Under the pieces are notes generated by a model. The model was not told where the DNA came from. It did no database searches and worked only from the letters and a program-made list of their open reading frames with translations. A program made the position numbers and the translations under genes. Positions 19,601-26,635 of a stretch of 51,416 nucleotides of DNA are shown here, piece by piece. The stretch is from Patescibacteria group bacterium (lineage in GTDB: Bacteria; Patescibacteriota; Patescibacteriia; PEXW01). The stretch is from NCBI GenBank assembly GCA_038065015.1, contig JBBTRU010000001.1, positions 1 to 51,416 on the forward strand, given 5' to 3'. Every line of letters starts with the position of its first letter. Within the stretch, counting starts at the first letter, position 1.

Positions 19601-22600
19601 ACCTGGTTTACCGCGCCATAGTCTTTGTAGTCCGTCAGTTGGCTGCCCTCTTCTACCTGCACGTTATCCAGTACGTACGTGCACGTGTCGGTTGGCTCGA
19701 AGATAAGCGAGAAATTGATTTCGGTTCGCGTGCTGTCCACGGTGGTGGTGTAGCTGTACCGCTGCCAGTCCGGGGTAATGGTTAGGGCCGGAGCCGCGCC
19801 AAGCCAGCCGCCCGCCCCCAGCTGCGTCAACGGCGAGCAAGACGCGCCTTCGGATTTTGCGTAGAAAGAGGTGGTAAACGTTCGGCCGCCAATGGGCGTG
19901 CCTGTGTAGATGGTGGTGGTAAACTTCTGGGCGCTCGGTGTGCAGTCGGGCAAATATTGCAACCGCGCGGCCTGGCTGCCGCCGAACGCCAGGGACGAGG
20001 CAAAAGTCTGCGCCCCGCAGGTGTGCGTGCCATTCCCCGTTAGCCAGCCGCTAAAGTTAGCATTACCGGCCGGGTTGACCACCGTGGACTGCTCGAAGCC
20101 GCCATTGCCCGCCAGGTTGGTACCGGTAGTCATGCGCAAAAACTGCGTGCAGCCCTCGGCATTTGCGTCGCACTCCTGGGCATCGCGGTCAAAGCGCTTG
20201 GTCGCCGTCGGCAGCGTAGCATCCGTACACGACCACTTGCCGGCCGTGTAGTCGTAAGTAGTGCAGTACTGCTGGCAACCGGCATTATCCGCACCGCAAC
20301 TGTTGGGCTGTAGTGTATTCTGCAGGTAGCTCACGCTCTGGCCGCCACTGTCGGTGTAGGTCTGGCAGGATGCGTACACGTTGTTGCAGCTCTGGCCGTT
20401 GAAACGCCAAGTGTCTTTTTCTTCGGTGCAGGTGCCAAACTGCTTGCACGTGCCGTCGTCGTTTTCCAATACGCAGGTGCGTTCGTCCACGCAGGCTTCG
20501 CGGCGCTGGATTTGCTCTTGCCGGGGTGTAATGAAGGCGCAGGTGGCGAGCGCAACAGCACCATCGTCCCGCTTCTTCACGCACAGTCCCTGGCCAGGCG
20601 GGTCGGTATCATATTGCGCAATACATGGTGTGCTTGGGTCCAGTGGATCGGTCGTGCATTTACATTCCTTGCCCACATTCGCATCGGAGTCGCTATTGCA
20701 ATACCGCTTAGCATAATCAATATTCTTCCGGCCGCCTTCATCGCCGTCCTCATCCACAAATTCCTGCGAGATAATATCCGAAGAAAAACCCGTGCGTAAG
20801 CAAATATTCTCTGGCGATTTCAGCACCCAGGTGGGATCAATGAGGCGGTAGTAGGGCGAGTCGGGGTTGTCGAACTGCTGCACGATTGCGCCCAGGTTTA
20901 CGTTTTGCCGCTCGAAATCTCTTATGTACTGGGCGGCCAGATCCCAACCCACCGGGAGTACTCGATACTTGCGCAAAATCTTTAAGCTACGGAACGGGTA
21001 GCCGCTGCGGAAGTCTGGCTCGCGGCCGTTTGCATCGAAGCCGAACACTTTTTGGTCCGAGAGCAACTTGCGGTCCAGGGCTTGCTGCACAGTCAGGTGC
21101 TCTTCCACGGCCTGGCGAAAAGACGAATCAATCACGCAATTATTTGCAGACACCAAACCTAATGTTGTTGCGGAAACATTGGTCACATCCACTGGGCAAG
21201 CACTAAGGTCATTGAGAATATCTATGCCACCCCCCGTACCAAGGTTTACTTGGCCCAAGCTGGCAAATCGCTCTTTGGCCGCCGCCACACCGCCCGAGGA
21301 ACTGCTAATGATTCCGCCATTACCAAACTGTAAACTTTTGGCCTTCGGGTCTACTATGCCTTTGCTGAAAATGCGCTCAATGAGCTTGTTCGTGAGCGTG
21401 TTAGTAAAAATGCCAAACGCATCCGCAATGGGCGATCCGGTTTGCGTGGTTTCACTCTTGGAGGCATTCTGCGTGCTCAAGCCTTCTTCAGTGGTTTTCT
21501 TGGTGAGGAATGATGGAGTTTTAATTGCCCCGCTAATGAGCGCCTTAATTGGCAACGCTCCGCCAAAGAGTTGCGTATCTTTCTCTTTTTTTTCTGCTTC
21601 GACTTTTTTTTCTTGGGCTTCGTCGTAGAGGGTCAAAAACTGCCCAAGCGGATTTTCGGTGGGTTTAAAAATTTTTGGGAGGTCGCCTTTTTCAAAAGCT
21701 TGCTGCAGCGATGCGCCGGTCGCTTGTCTGGAGCCAAGGGGCGTGCCAACCGAAATGCTGCTCTGGGCAAGACCGCTCTGTATATTGTCGCCAATTGCAC
21801 TAAGTGTGCAAGAGGTGGTACGCCGAGTTTTGGCGCTGGTACACTTGTTGATACATAGTTTTAGGTTCGCGTCGGCTTGAGAACCCATTTGCACTACATC
21901 TTTAATTTTATTCCTGCATTCATTCATGGTTTTTATACATAAAAAACCATCACCGCATGCACTGCAATAGGACCAAATCGTCGGCGTTTTTTCCCGTGCT
22001 TCATTCCCACCGTAATTCATTGGTGGATCCCAGGCTGCGTCAGGATGTTCTCGACATGACGCTGCTCCTGTACTTGGGTCGGTGTACCACTCACAGCGTC
22101 CGAGATTCTGCGTCCAGGCATCCGCATCACATTCTGATTTTAAAGAAGTTGCGGCACACCGTGCGCCTTCTCTTGTAGTTATATCGCTAATGAGTGCCTC
22201 AAAAGCCGACAGCTCTGCACCTAGATTCCTTAAATTGTCAGACTTTCCCCCCTCGACAAGTTCTAACTGATCACTATAATTTTTTTGGCAATTTTCCTGG
22301 CAGAAGTTCGGATCCAGGTTAACGCGCAAGGCAATATCAATGTTCAGCTTGGCAAAGCCCGGGTCGCACATGCTCACGCCAAACTGCTCTTTAGAGAGCG
22401 TATCCAAAAAGTCACCGGCCGCGGCATTGCCCAGGTTTTTAAAGTAATTCGGATCCGTAATAAAAAGTGGGCCTTGCCCTTTTGCGCCCGAGGCTATCCA
22501 CGTTGCGGTATCTTCAGCAATCTTGCCTAAAAACACTCGCATAGCGTTTTTAAACGCAGCATCGCCTGCTTTCTTGTATAAATTCTTGGCTAGTTCTGCA

Positions 22601-22836
22601 GTTTTATCAGCAATATAACGCCCCGCATCAACAATATTCCTTACAATACGCTCCACCAGAGAGCCCGGATCACTAACGACGAATTGCGCGTTCGCCGGCA
22701 CTGGTCGAATAAGCGCGGCGGCAAGACCAACTACGAGTAGCACGCTCGCTACACCTGTTACAAAGGCACGTTGAGGCGACGTTGCCTTACGTTGGCGATG
22801 AAATATTGAGAAAAATTTTCTGCGCTTAGGAGCCAT
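13699..22836 (-). CDS. Giant Cys-rich surface protein: N-terminal anchor, four CBM4_9-like modules, internal dockerin
   Basis: The ORF is open 13699..22908 (3069 codons). The ATG at 22836 (MAPKRRKFFSIF) is preferred because it cuts the overlap with the upstream gene to 11 nt. One TM/signal anchor (VASVLLVVGLAAALIRPVPANA). Module signatures and the dockerin are detailed in the findings. The stop overlaps the next ATG (TAATG). Confidence 0.8.
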   Translation of the reverse strand: MAPKRRKFFSIFHRQRKATSPQRAFVTGVASVLLVVGLAAALIRPVPANAQFVVSDPGSLVERIVRNIVDAGRYIADKTAELAKNLYKKAGDAAFKNAMRVFLGKIAEDTATWIASGAKGQGPLFITDPNYFKNLGNAAAGDFLDTLSKEQFGVSMCDPGFAKLNIDIALRVNLDPNFCQENCQKNYSDQLELVEGGKSDNLRNLGAELSAFEALISDITTREGARCAATSLKSECDADAWTQNLGRCEWYTDPSTGAASCREHPDAAWDPPMNYGGNEAREKTPTIWSYCSACGDGFLCIKTMNECRNKIKDVVQMGSQADANLKLCINKCTSAKTRRTTSCTLSAIGDNIQSGLAQSSISVGTPLGSRQATGASLQQAFEKGDLPKIFKPTENPLGQFLTLYDEAQEKKVEAEKKEKDTQLFGGALPIKALISGAIKTPSFLTKKTTEEGLSTQNASKSETTQTGSPIADAFGIFTNTLTNKLIERIFSKGIVDPKAKSLQFGNGGIISSSSGGVAAAKERFASLGQVNLGTGGGIDILNDLSACPVDVTNVSATTLGLVSANNCVIDSSFRQAVEEHLTVQQALDRKLLSDQKVFGFDANGREPDFRSGYPFRSLKILRKYRVLPVGWDLAAQYIRDFERQNVNLGAIVQQFDNPDSPYYRLIDPTWVLKSPENICLRTGFSSDIISQEFVDEDGDEGGRKNIDYAKRYCNSDSDANVGKECKCTTDPLDPSTPCIAQYDTDPPGQGLCVKKRDDGAVALATCAFITPRQEQIQRREACVDERTCVLENDDGTCKQFGTCTEEKDTWRFNGQSCNNVYASCQTYTDSGGQSVSYLQNTLQPNSCGADNAGCQQYCTTYDYTAGKWSCTDATLPTATKRFDRDAQECDANAEGCTQFLRMTTGTNLAGNGGFEQSTVVNPAGNANFSGWLTGNGTHTCGAQTFASSLAFGGSQAARLQYLPDCTPSAQKFTTTIYTGTPIGGRTFTTSFYAKSEGASCSPLTQLGAGGWLGAAPALTITPDWQRYSYTTTVDSTRTEINFSLIFEPTDTCTYVLDNVQVEEGSQLTDYKDYGAVNQVHLKRPADGLACTGNVATDPPACSKFISKCTAADVGCDLFTPTAGGTAVPAKGGISCPADKAGCATFREQPTTGVLKAHDTRTGFYCKSDLPTKFTSCDPTLASACSNNPADCQPLVSFIAKTGTQCTATDVGCEAYTNLDQVAQGGEGKAQFTKLQLCVQPNDPGLKNYYSWVGDNESGYQLKQYRLKQSNAGSGPCTNLDTGQTLPLNCVDNTSPQTAVIDCQATFGTDPDCGQYYDDLNPSNVYYRLRSRLIEGTADCHPYRNTVDSNVYYADATKSLSCSAAAVGCREYVGNTGSNTRTILKSEFENGSSSPWVVSGNPTNPTTESITFGGHSLHVTTNAQATNQPLVQGKSYVLAFWAKSNTGANVDVEARLQNGSAVSMGTVSVRTDWNAYTLGPTNVSFATAGTNVLSVLGADFYIDNLVLTEISDSTYRIKASQTACGGFEGCQEYRNRSNVVNTYSGFSKLCKSEVVGCEALINTKNSTDAFASSVTFPSQRGDVDGSGKVDSADINYLAAYMFSGGPKPFPLEAGDTNADGNVNVGDVTALTKFLSDGTPFSSNPYPGDKVDTDADEVEFWVNDPTKACRAEEKGCRALGKENFDASGKLQNMETVYLRDNPDTYTTIMCGRGALFCEEYTLSEGGNAYFRNPGSKVCSYRDVSGNKSAGWYIAGTDTPCPVRELNNIPPAVPNGGYAGLCPAEQNGCGNFLDPLGTGASLTTNGNFEVANGSLPQGWSGVSASLQAYVPNNGSQAVRAIITNQGTFTQTVSLDANAYYVVSADVAKGSAAMTEDFRLGLVSCKNAQGGDAPVSSPDGSLFNDNTSTTLRIPADRFGDTAALRVSGRFFSGNAVTCNVIAGAVGGTTGYWLDNLQVNSTTNTSVIRQSVDSTSCNGQVGDKQGCRLFNDLSNATLAYDVDQSPIGGSPTDPDATGSPAACADHPELCDSNVLLKVQRDRQCSQWLTPTTTIESTKPNGQKENLTLGLATCDSFSPSGQCNHFVDEMRCSNNAKQTCVVDADCGAGVCKPMNFTGNTAAYSREDLRNKSGLVLAGLQWAGNQILNGKYLFGVAPQVGNDGVAVADDVLNGTFNKSKILSESGWTLQADSTTDGSVLALTTSQTLAVGNTTAPVTVNPFLQATPSIGGSRPTVIRTTTAAMANRLTPDRTYVLSFNIRYVQSPDRLLTDTKISAGIASSATAGIISTNAWYGNVKPTTQWQRFVIGPLTLSANATQAQGNTAFDNNGNSTHQPFDQSTGMVYFLVPSNNRTAIAIDDVSVLPVLNVDDPLPATTSGITGQLSNDAYIARSCRAYPNSTALSCGYQDDTGKRFDGWQGYCLEPDPRNPTGCLSWYPIDLLAGERNIFGRVEAAGYSGQNPLYMCLQSAGRGANISMRTVEETEDEGATWSYTVNGYSLNQVETIQAVVSAADGDWHPGNGTVLTMNRTSGQYYCDADNCPASSGTTPAWFVAGCGGQGSASDRKCNMPFTWSGMSPAFNASGCDDWDGSDDNTNLWGLRVQWPADPNTRTATINFGMCDASGGGGHYKLDIRFIVRDICQVVAQVVQPGGTNASWSNRTSSQSYPLPDLRYLASQDTAPYGAIVPPELHLEDPGQWDTRDNTVEPGKQGVYVMSATQDVRASSVYGCAAGGNCSRRICSITGSACNTLAEIATCTAAKGFCIGAGTAKVCQTGSKVSQACTTDAQCGTAGEKCDYGSTQNVGGGAFVTNKATSTGIAYLKLLFANVYGAWQLDEATQTYVDITATDSRITGWRDNYLTMPACGGVYDRAKANVVSSNQVALTNAYCGIPPLVESVKVGNRESGVTIIGAGELIQLQFNSIVDKEQLPMKNIAIDWDGDSNSDEIIRWNFAPRSNAADPHSFTHVYLFGQGTGQCFDKGTGKYGDKFSPDFNQAVAGKEYCIARPRVQIQDNWDWCNGGRCVNPNAPYSYSFPSTQSSYWEPLPDDIVIIR
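17929..18099 (-). other. Dockerin (type I-like, two Ca-binding segments) embedded at aa ~1604-1660 of the giant protein
   Basis: GDVDGSGKVDSADINYLAAYMFSGGPKPFPLEAGDTNADGNVNVGDVTALTKFLSDG. This is a duplicated D-x-[DN]-x-[DS]-G-x-V-[DN]-x-x-D loop-helix pattern. Confidence 0.75.
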
Positions 22837-23626
22837 TCGTGTTCGTATTTTCTTTGAGCGCTTCTTGGAGGGCTTGGTCGTAGACGGCGCGCAGGGTGGC
22901 GTCGTCATAGCTGTTCAAGGTGGTTTCGTCCACGCCGCCAGACTTGAGGAACTCGCGAATTTCCGGAATCGTCAGGTTTTTGAGCTGGTCTACCGTTAGT
23001 GAGCTATTGGTTGCGGTTGCCGTATTTGCATTGGCAGTAGTATTCGTATTCGTGGCTTCGCTGGCAACGACATCCTGATAGTTTTTGAGTAAGGTTGCAT
23101 CGTCAATGGCGTCTACTTCGGCTTGGGAAACCCCGGCAGCCAAGAGTGCTTCGCGCAATTGCTGTGGGGTTACCGTGCTCGTGCCGGCTACCGGGGCAGT
23201 ATTCGTAGTTTCGTTGCCAGCCGCGGCATTGGTGTTGCTTATAACCCCGCAGGTCTGGCCGGCTGGGCAGTTGGGGTTGGTGTTGCTGTCTACTTCTTGT
23301 TTGTCGGTCTGGCCGTCGCTATCCGAATCCGCAATGTAGGGGCTGGTATTGTAGCTGTAGAGCTCGTCGTAGTCGGTTAAACCGTCTTTATCGGTATCTT
23401 TAGCCTGCAAGGCCAACAACTCGGTATTCTGCGGCTGCGTATCCCGCTGCAATTGCGCCCGACCCGCAACAGTGAAAGGCTGCTTGAGGTTGCTACGGAG
23501 TTGAAACCCACCCAGGACCAAAGCTGAGATCCCTAGCCCAAAAATCAGCCACGCTAACCGCTGCTTGCGCTGTTTTTGCTCCGGATCACGTGGTTGCACG
23601 TCCCCGTTCGCTGGTTCGTTTTCCAT
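22826..23626 (-). CDS. Membrane-anchored protein with thrombospondin type 3 (Ca-binding) repeats
   Basis: 266 aa. TM (LAWLIFGLGISALVLGGF). TSP3-like DTDKDGLTDYDE and DSDSDGQTDKQEVDSNTNP. T/N-rich low complexity follows. First gene of the operon. Confidence 0.6.
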   Translation of the reverse strand: MENEPANGDVQPRDPEQKQRKQRLAWLIFGLGISALVLGGFQLRSNLKQPFTVAGRAQLQRDTQPQNTELLALQAKDTDKDGLTDYDELYSYNTSPYIADSDSDGQTDKQEVDSNTNPNCPAGQTCGVISNTNAAAGNETTNTAPVAGTSTVTPQQLREALLAAGVSQAEVDAIDDATLLKNYQDVVASEATNTNTTANANTATATNSSLTVDQLKNLTIPEIREFLKSGGVDETTLNSYDDATLRAVYDQALQEALKENTNTNGS

Positions 23627-23738
23627 GTTTCGGTATTTTGGTCTCGGCTAACTTTGCTAATTCACAGCAAGCTTTGGATAGACCAAAGTGTAGCAGAAAA
23701 ATACGCTAATGTCAAAACATATTCTGGGGAGTACGTCA

Positions 23739-23780
23739 ACCCAGCACCACTTTCGCCAGCTGGCGAAAGTGGTGCTGGGT
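23739..23780. repeat. Perfect 42-nt palindrome (21-bp arms)
   Basis: acccagcaccactttcgccag|ctggcgaaagtggtgctgggt, centred on CAGCTG and flanked by tcaaccc on both sides. It lies in the rsmA / T4SS-operon intergenic region. Confidence 0.9.
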
Positions 23781-23790
23781 CAACCCTCAT

Positions 23791-23931
23791 TGTCATTGCG
23801 AGTCCCGCAGCAGCGGGACGAAGCAATCTCCCTGTTAACTCTAGCCTAGGCATAACCAAAACAAGATTGCCCCGCCTCCCGAAGTCTCGTACGGCGGGCA
23901 GGCGCGCTCCCGTAGCTCGCTCGCAATGACA
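23791..23931. mobile_element. MITE-like palindromic element, family 1 (12-nt terminal inverted repeats TGTCATTGCGAG)
   Basis: tgtcattgcgag at 23791-23802 and ctcgcaatgaca at 23920-23931. Internal hairpins are cccgcagcagcggg and ccccgcct..ggcgggcagg. It is homologous, in opposite orientation, to 30164..30284 through shared blocks tgtcattgcgagt, ctgttaa, acaagattgc-cccgcct, cggcgggcagg and ctcgcaatgaca. No transposase is present. Confidence 0.55.
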
Positions 23932-24044
23932 GTTGGGGTGGTAGGTGAGGGTGTGGCGGCGAGTATAGTGAACGTGGTGTGGGTACGCGTTGTCTTCACC
24001 ACGCACCCTCACCCATACTCGACGCACGAACCCAGACCACGTAC

Positions 24045-24899
24045 CTATACCAGACCCGCCAACCCCCGCCACTGCTCCAGGGTTAATTCCTGGGCGCGGA
24101 CCGTAGGTTTTAACCCCAGCGCAACAATATTTTCGACAATTTCGGGTCGTGATTTTCGCAAACCCGCGCTCAAGGCATTGCCTAGGGTCTTGCGGCGGCC
24201 GGCAAAGCCCATTTTTGCCAAATGAAAAATTGCCGAGCGGGTTTCGGCATCAAAAAGCGGTTTGGGGTGACGCTCCACGTGCAATATTGCCGATTCCACT
24301 TTTGGGGCGGGCCAAAAGGCTTCGGCCGGCACTACTGCACACACCATGGGCGTGCCAAACATTTGCACGCTTAGTGCGAGCAAGCTCATATCTCCTGGTT
24401 CGGCGGCGACCCGCTCGGCAACTTCGCGCTGCACCAGCACGGTCAGGCTTCGTGGGGCATCCGGCGTGTCGAGAAAGCGCTGCAGAAAATGCGAGGTAAG
24501 GTGGTACGGAAGGTTCGCTACTACTTTGTACGGTGCGGTCGCGCTGCTGAAGTGGCTGCGTAGTGCGGCTATCGGCGTGCGCATGACGTCGGCATGCACC
24601 AAGGTGACGTTGCTTAAACTTTTCGTGACTTCCCGAAGCAACGGCAGTAAGTGGTCGTCAATTTCCACCGCGACGACTTTGCCAGCGTGCGCTGCAAGCA
24701 CTTGGGTGAGTACACCCGTGCCCGCCCCGACTTCGATGACATTATCATTTTTCGTAAGCTGGCTGGCCGCAATCATTTCTTCCAGCACGTCGGGTTCCAA
24801 AAGAAAATTCTGGCTTAACTTTTTATCGGGCCGGATGCAAAATTGCTGCAGCAAGTGCTGCAGCGTGCGAAAATCTGTCAGGTCGTATTGCTGGGTCAT
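24045..24899 (-). CDS. rsmA: 16S rRNA (adenine1518/1519-N6)-dimethyltransferase RsmA/KsgA
   Basis: KKLSQNFLLEPDVLEEMI, SAM-binding VIEVGAGTGVLTQVLA, VANLPYHLTS. The start is moved to the ATG at 24899 (MTQQYDL), which removes the overlap with the upstream MFS gene. Confidence 0.85.
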   Translation of the reverse strand: MTQQYDLTDFRTLQHLLQQFCIRPDKKLSQNFLLEPDVLEEMIAASQLTKNDNVIEVGAGTGVLTQVLAAHAGKVVAVEIDDHLLPLLREVTKSLSNVTLVHADVMRTPIAALRSHFSSATAPYKVVANLPYHLTSHFLQRFLDTPDAPRSLTVLVQREVAERVAAEPGDMSLLALSVQMFGTPMVCAVVPAEAFWPAPKVESAILHVERHPKPLFDAETRSAIFHLAKMGFAGRRKTLGNALSAGLRKSRPEIVENIVALGLKPTVRAQELTLEQWRGLAGLV

Positions 24900-24915
24900 G
24901 TTTGCGGGCGGACGG

Positions 24916-26073
24916 TCATCGAAACAAAAAATAGAAAAGGGTAAAACCAGCACCTAGTATAAAGGCAACGGTGAAGGGTGGGTACACCAGTGCTAGGCCA
25001 GCTAAAAGCAAGCCAGCGAGTACTTTGCCAAAGGACAAACCCTGCTCAAGAAGTATCGAACGACCGATATCGTTTTTTTCTTGTAATGCGCGTTCATAAG
25101 CAACATCTGATGAGGTCACCCACGATATGTTCTGGCTAAGTTGCCCGGCTACAGCGCTACTAAAAACCGCGGGTACGGTATGTATCCATGGCCGGGTGAG
25201 CCAAGTCAGTAAGGCTAGGCCAGCCCCTGCGCGCAAGGTAAATCGCCATTTACCCCGATCAAAGTACTTGCCAATAATAAGGGTTACGAATGCAGTGAAT
25301 AAAGTTGCCAAAGTCATTAATCCACCAAGGCGTTCGATTGTAACAAACGAAATTGAAAGGTAAATCGGCCATATGTAAACATGCAGAAGTGATTCACCGA
25401 AACCAAAGTATGACAGGGTAGTCCGTCGGTGCCAGTGGCTCCAGGGCAGCTTAAAAAGCTCACGATAACTCTGCGTCTCGCGAATAGGTGGCACCGGAGT
25501 AAACAGCAGGGGTAAACTTGCTATGAAAATAACCACTGCTCCAATAGTAAAAAGTGTCGTGTACCCGAAGGAGGTAATCACTAAGCCCCCAATGACTGGG
25601 CCAATAATGTACATGATGGACGAAAGCGCATATAATCCGGAAAATTCTCGACCTCGTTCTCCGGACTTGGAAGCACGGATAAAATCCGTATGAAAACCCG
25701 GCCAATAAAAAGTTTTCTGCAGAGCAAAAAAAATAGGCGCTACCCACATCATGAACGGTAAATTTGGAGTCAACATTAACGTTACATAGTACCCCACTAA
25801 AAATAGGGTGCTCAGTGCGATTGCCCTTGGTGGGCCAAAACGACCAACAAATTTTCCACCAAAAGGGATAAGAACGATATACAGCAGATATACGGTTACA
25901 TAAAAAAAGGCTATCCGAGATACGGAATACCCTTGGCGATACAGAAATACCGGTTCGAATAGTATCATCATTGCCAGGGCAAATTCCTGTAAAGCTACAA
26001 AAATGTAAAGCGCGCCCAACGGACGACCTAGCGATTTATGTAAGTAGTGTGGAAAATGATCAATAAGTCGCAT
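24916..26073 (-). CDS. MFS-type transporter
   Basis: 385 aa with ~10-12 TM helices throughout and an MFS-like loop (GGKFVGRFGPPRA). GC is visibly lower than in neighbouring genes. Confidence 0.65.
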   Translation of the reverse strand: MRLIDHFPHYLHKSLGRPLGALYIFVALQEFALAMMILFEPVFLYRQGYSVSRIAFFYVTVYLLYIVLIPFGGKFVGRFGPPRAIALSTLFLVGYYVTLMLTPNLPFMMWVAPIFFALQKTFYWPGFHTDFIRASKSGERGREFSGLYALSSIMYIIGPVIGGLVITSFGYTTLFTIGAVVIFIASLPLLFTPVPPIRETQSYRELFKLPWSHWHRRTTLSYFGFGESLLHVYIWPIYLSISFVTIERLGGLMTLATLFTAFVTLIIGKYFDRGKWRFTLRAGAGLALLTWLTRPWIHTVPAVFSSAVAGQLSQNISWVTSSDVAYERALQEKNDIGRSILLEQGLSFGKVLAGLLLAGLALVYPPFTVAFILGAGFTLFYFLFR

Positions 26074-26074
26074 A

Positions 26075-26635
26075 TTAAAAAAATATGTGCTGAATTCTAT
26101 CTACCGCATGCTTATAAGGAGTACGGGAAATATGCTTGATGGCACGTTGTTCGGTTTCTTGGTAGGTACGGGGTAAAATGGTTACTACCGTTTGAGCCGC
26201 CCAGCCAAGACGCGTGGTTTTCCGTCGTCCATAGGGTTGCTTTGGCAGCAATAAGCCCAACCGGTAAAGGTCCCAAAGCGCAATCAAGTAAGCGCAAGGG
26301 TATTTCCCATGCATGCGTACATGTTCGTTAATAGAACGGCTTTCAGATGCCTGAAGGTCAGGCTGTAATAATTCGTGCAGATGTGGTAAATCCGACTCAT
26401 GCATAACCACATCCGGGTTGAGACCTGCCATATTCAATCGCTGAACGTACGCATCTTCATCAAGGTTGGTATTTTTCGGATTGTACTCATCAACGAGTAC
26501 CGTTAAAATGCAATTCGGTTGTCCAATACCGTTAACAAACTTTTTTGCCTCAAGGACGCCAAGCTCCTGATCACGACCGAATTGCTGATCTGCGTAAATA
26601 TGAGCGTATTCAATATTATACTTTACCTGTTGCAT
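26075..26635 (-). CDS. Hypothetical protein
   Basis: 186 aa ORF packed 1 nt from the MFS gene. I recognise no motif. It lies in the low-GC segment. Confidence 0.5.
   Translation of the reverse strand: MQQVKYNIEYAHIYADQQFGRDQELGVLEAKKFVNGIGQPNCILTVLVDEYNPKNTNLDEDAYVQRLNMAGLNPDVVMHESDLPHLHELLQPDLQASESRSINEHVRMHGKYPCAYLIALWDLYRLGLLLPKQPYGRRKTTRLGWAAQTVVTILPRTYQETEQRAIKHISRTPYKHAVDRIQHIFF

Noticed and set aside
1-23626. Calling the T4SS-like block an integrative conjugative element or plasmid remnant.
   Set aside because: The window contains no relaxase, coupling protein, integrase/recombinase, replication gene, tRNA target or flanking direct repeats. The block is contiguous with housekeeping genes. 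The left boundary is not visible, so the question stays open rather than supported.
23576-24072. ORFs 23576..23929(+) 117 aa and 23662..24072(-) 136 aa in the rsmA / T4SS-operon gap.
   Set aside because: Both merely translate the 42-nt palindrome (PAPLSPAGESGAG on both strands) and the MITE-like element. They have no independent coding signal.
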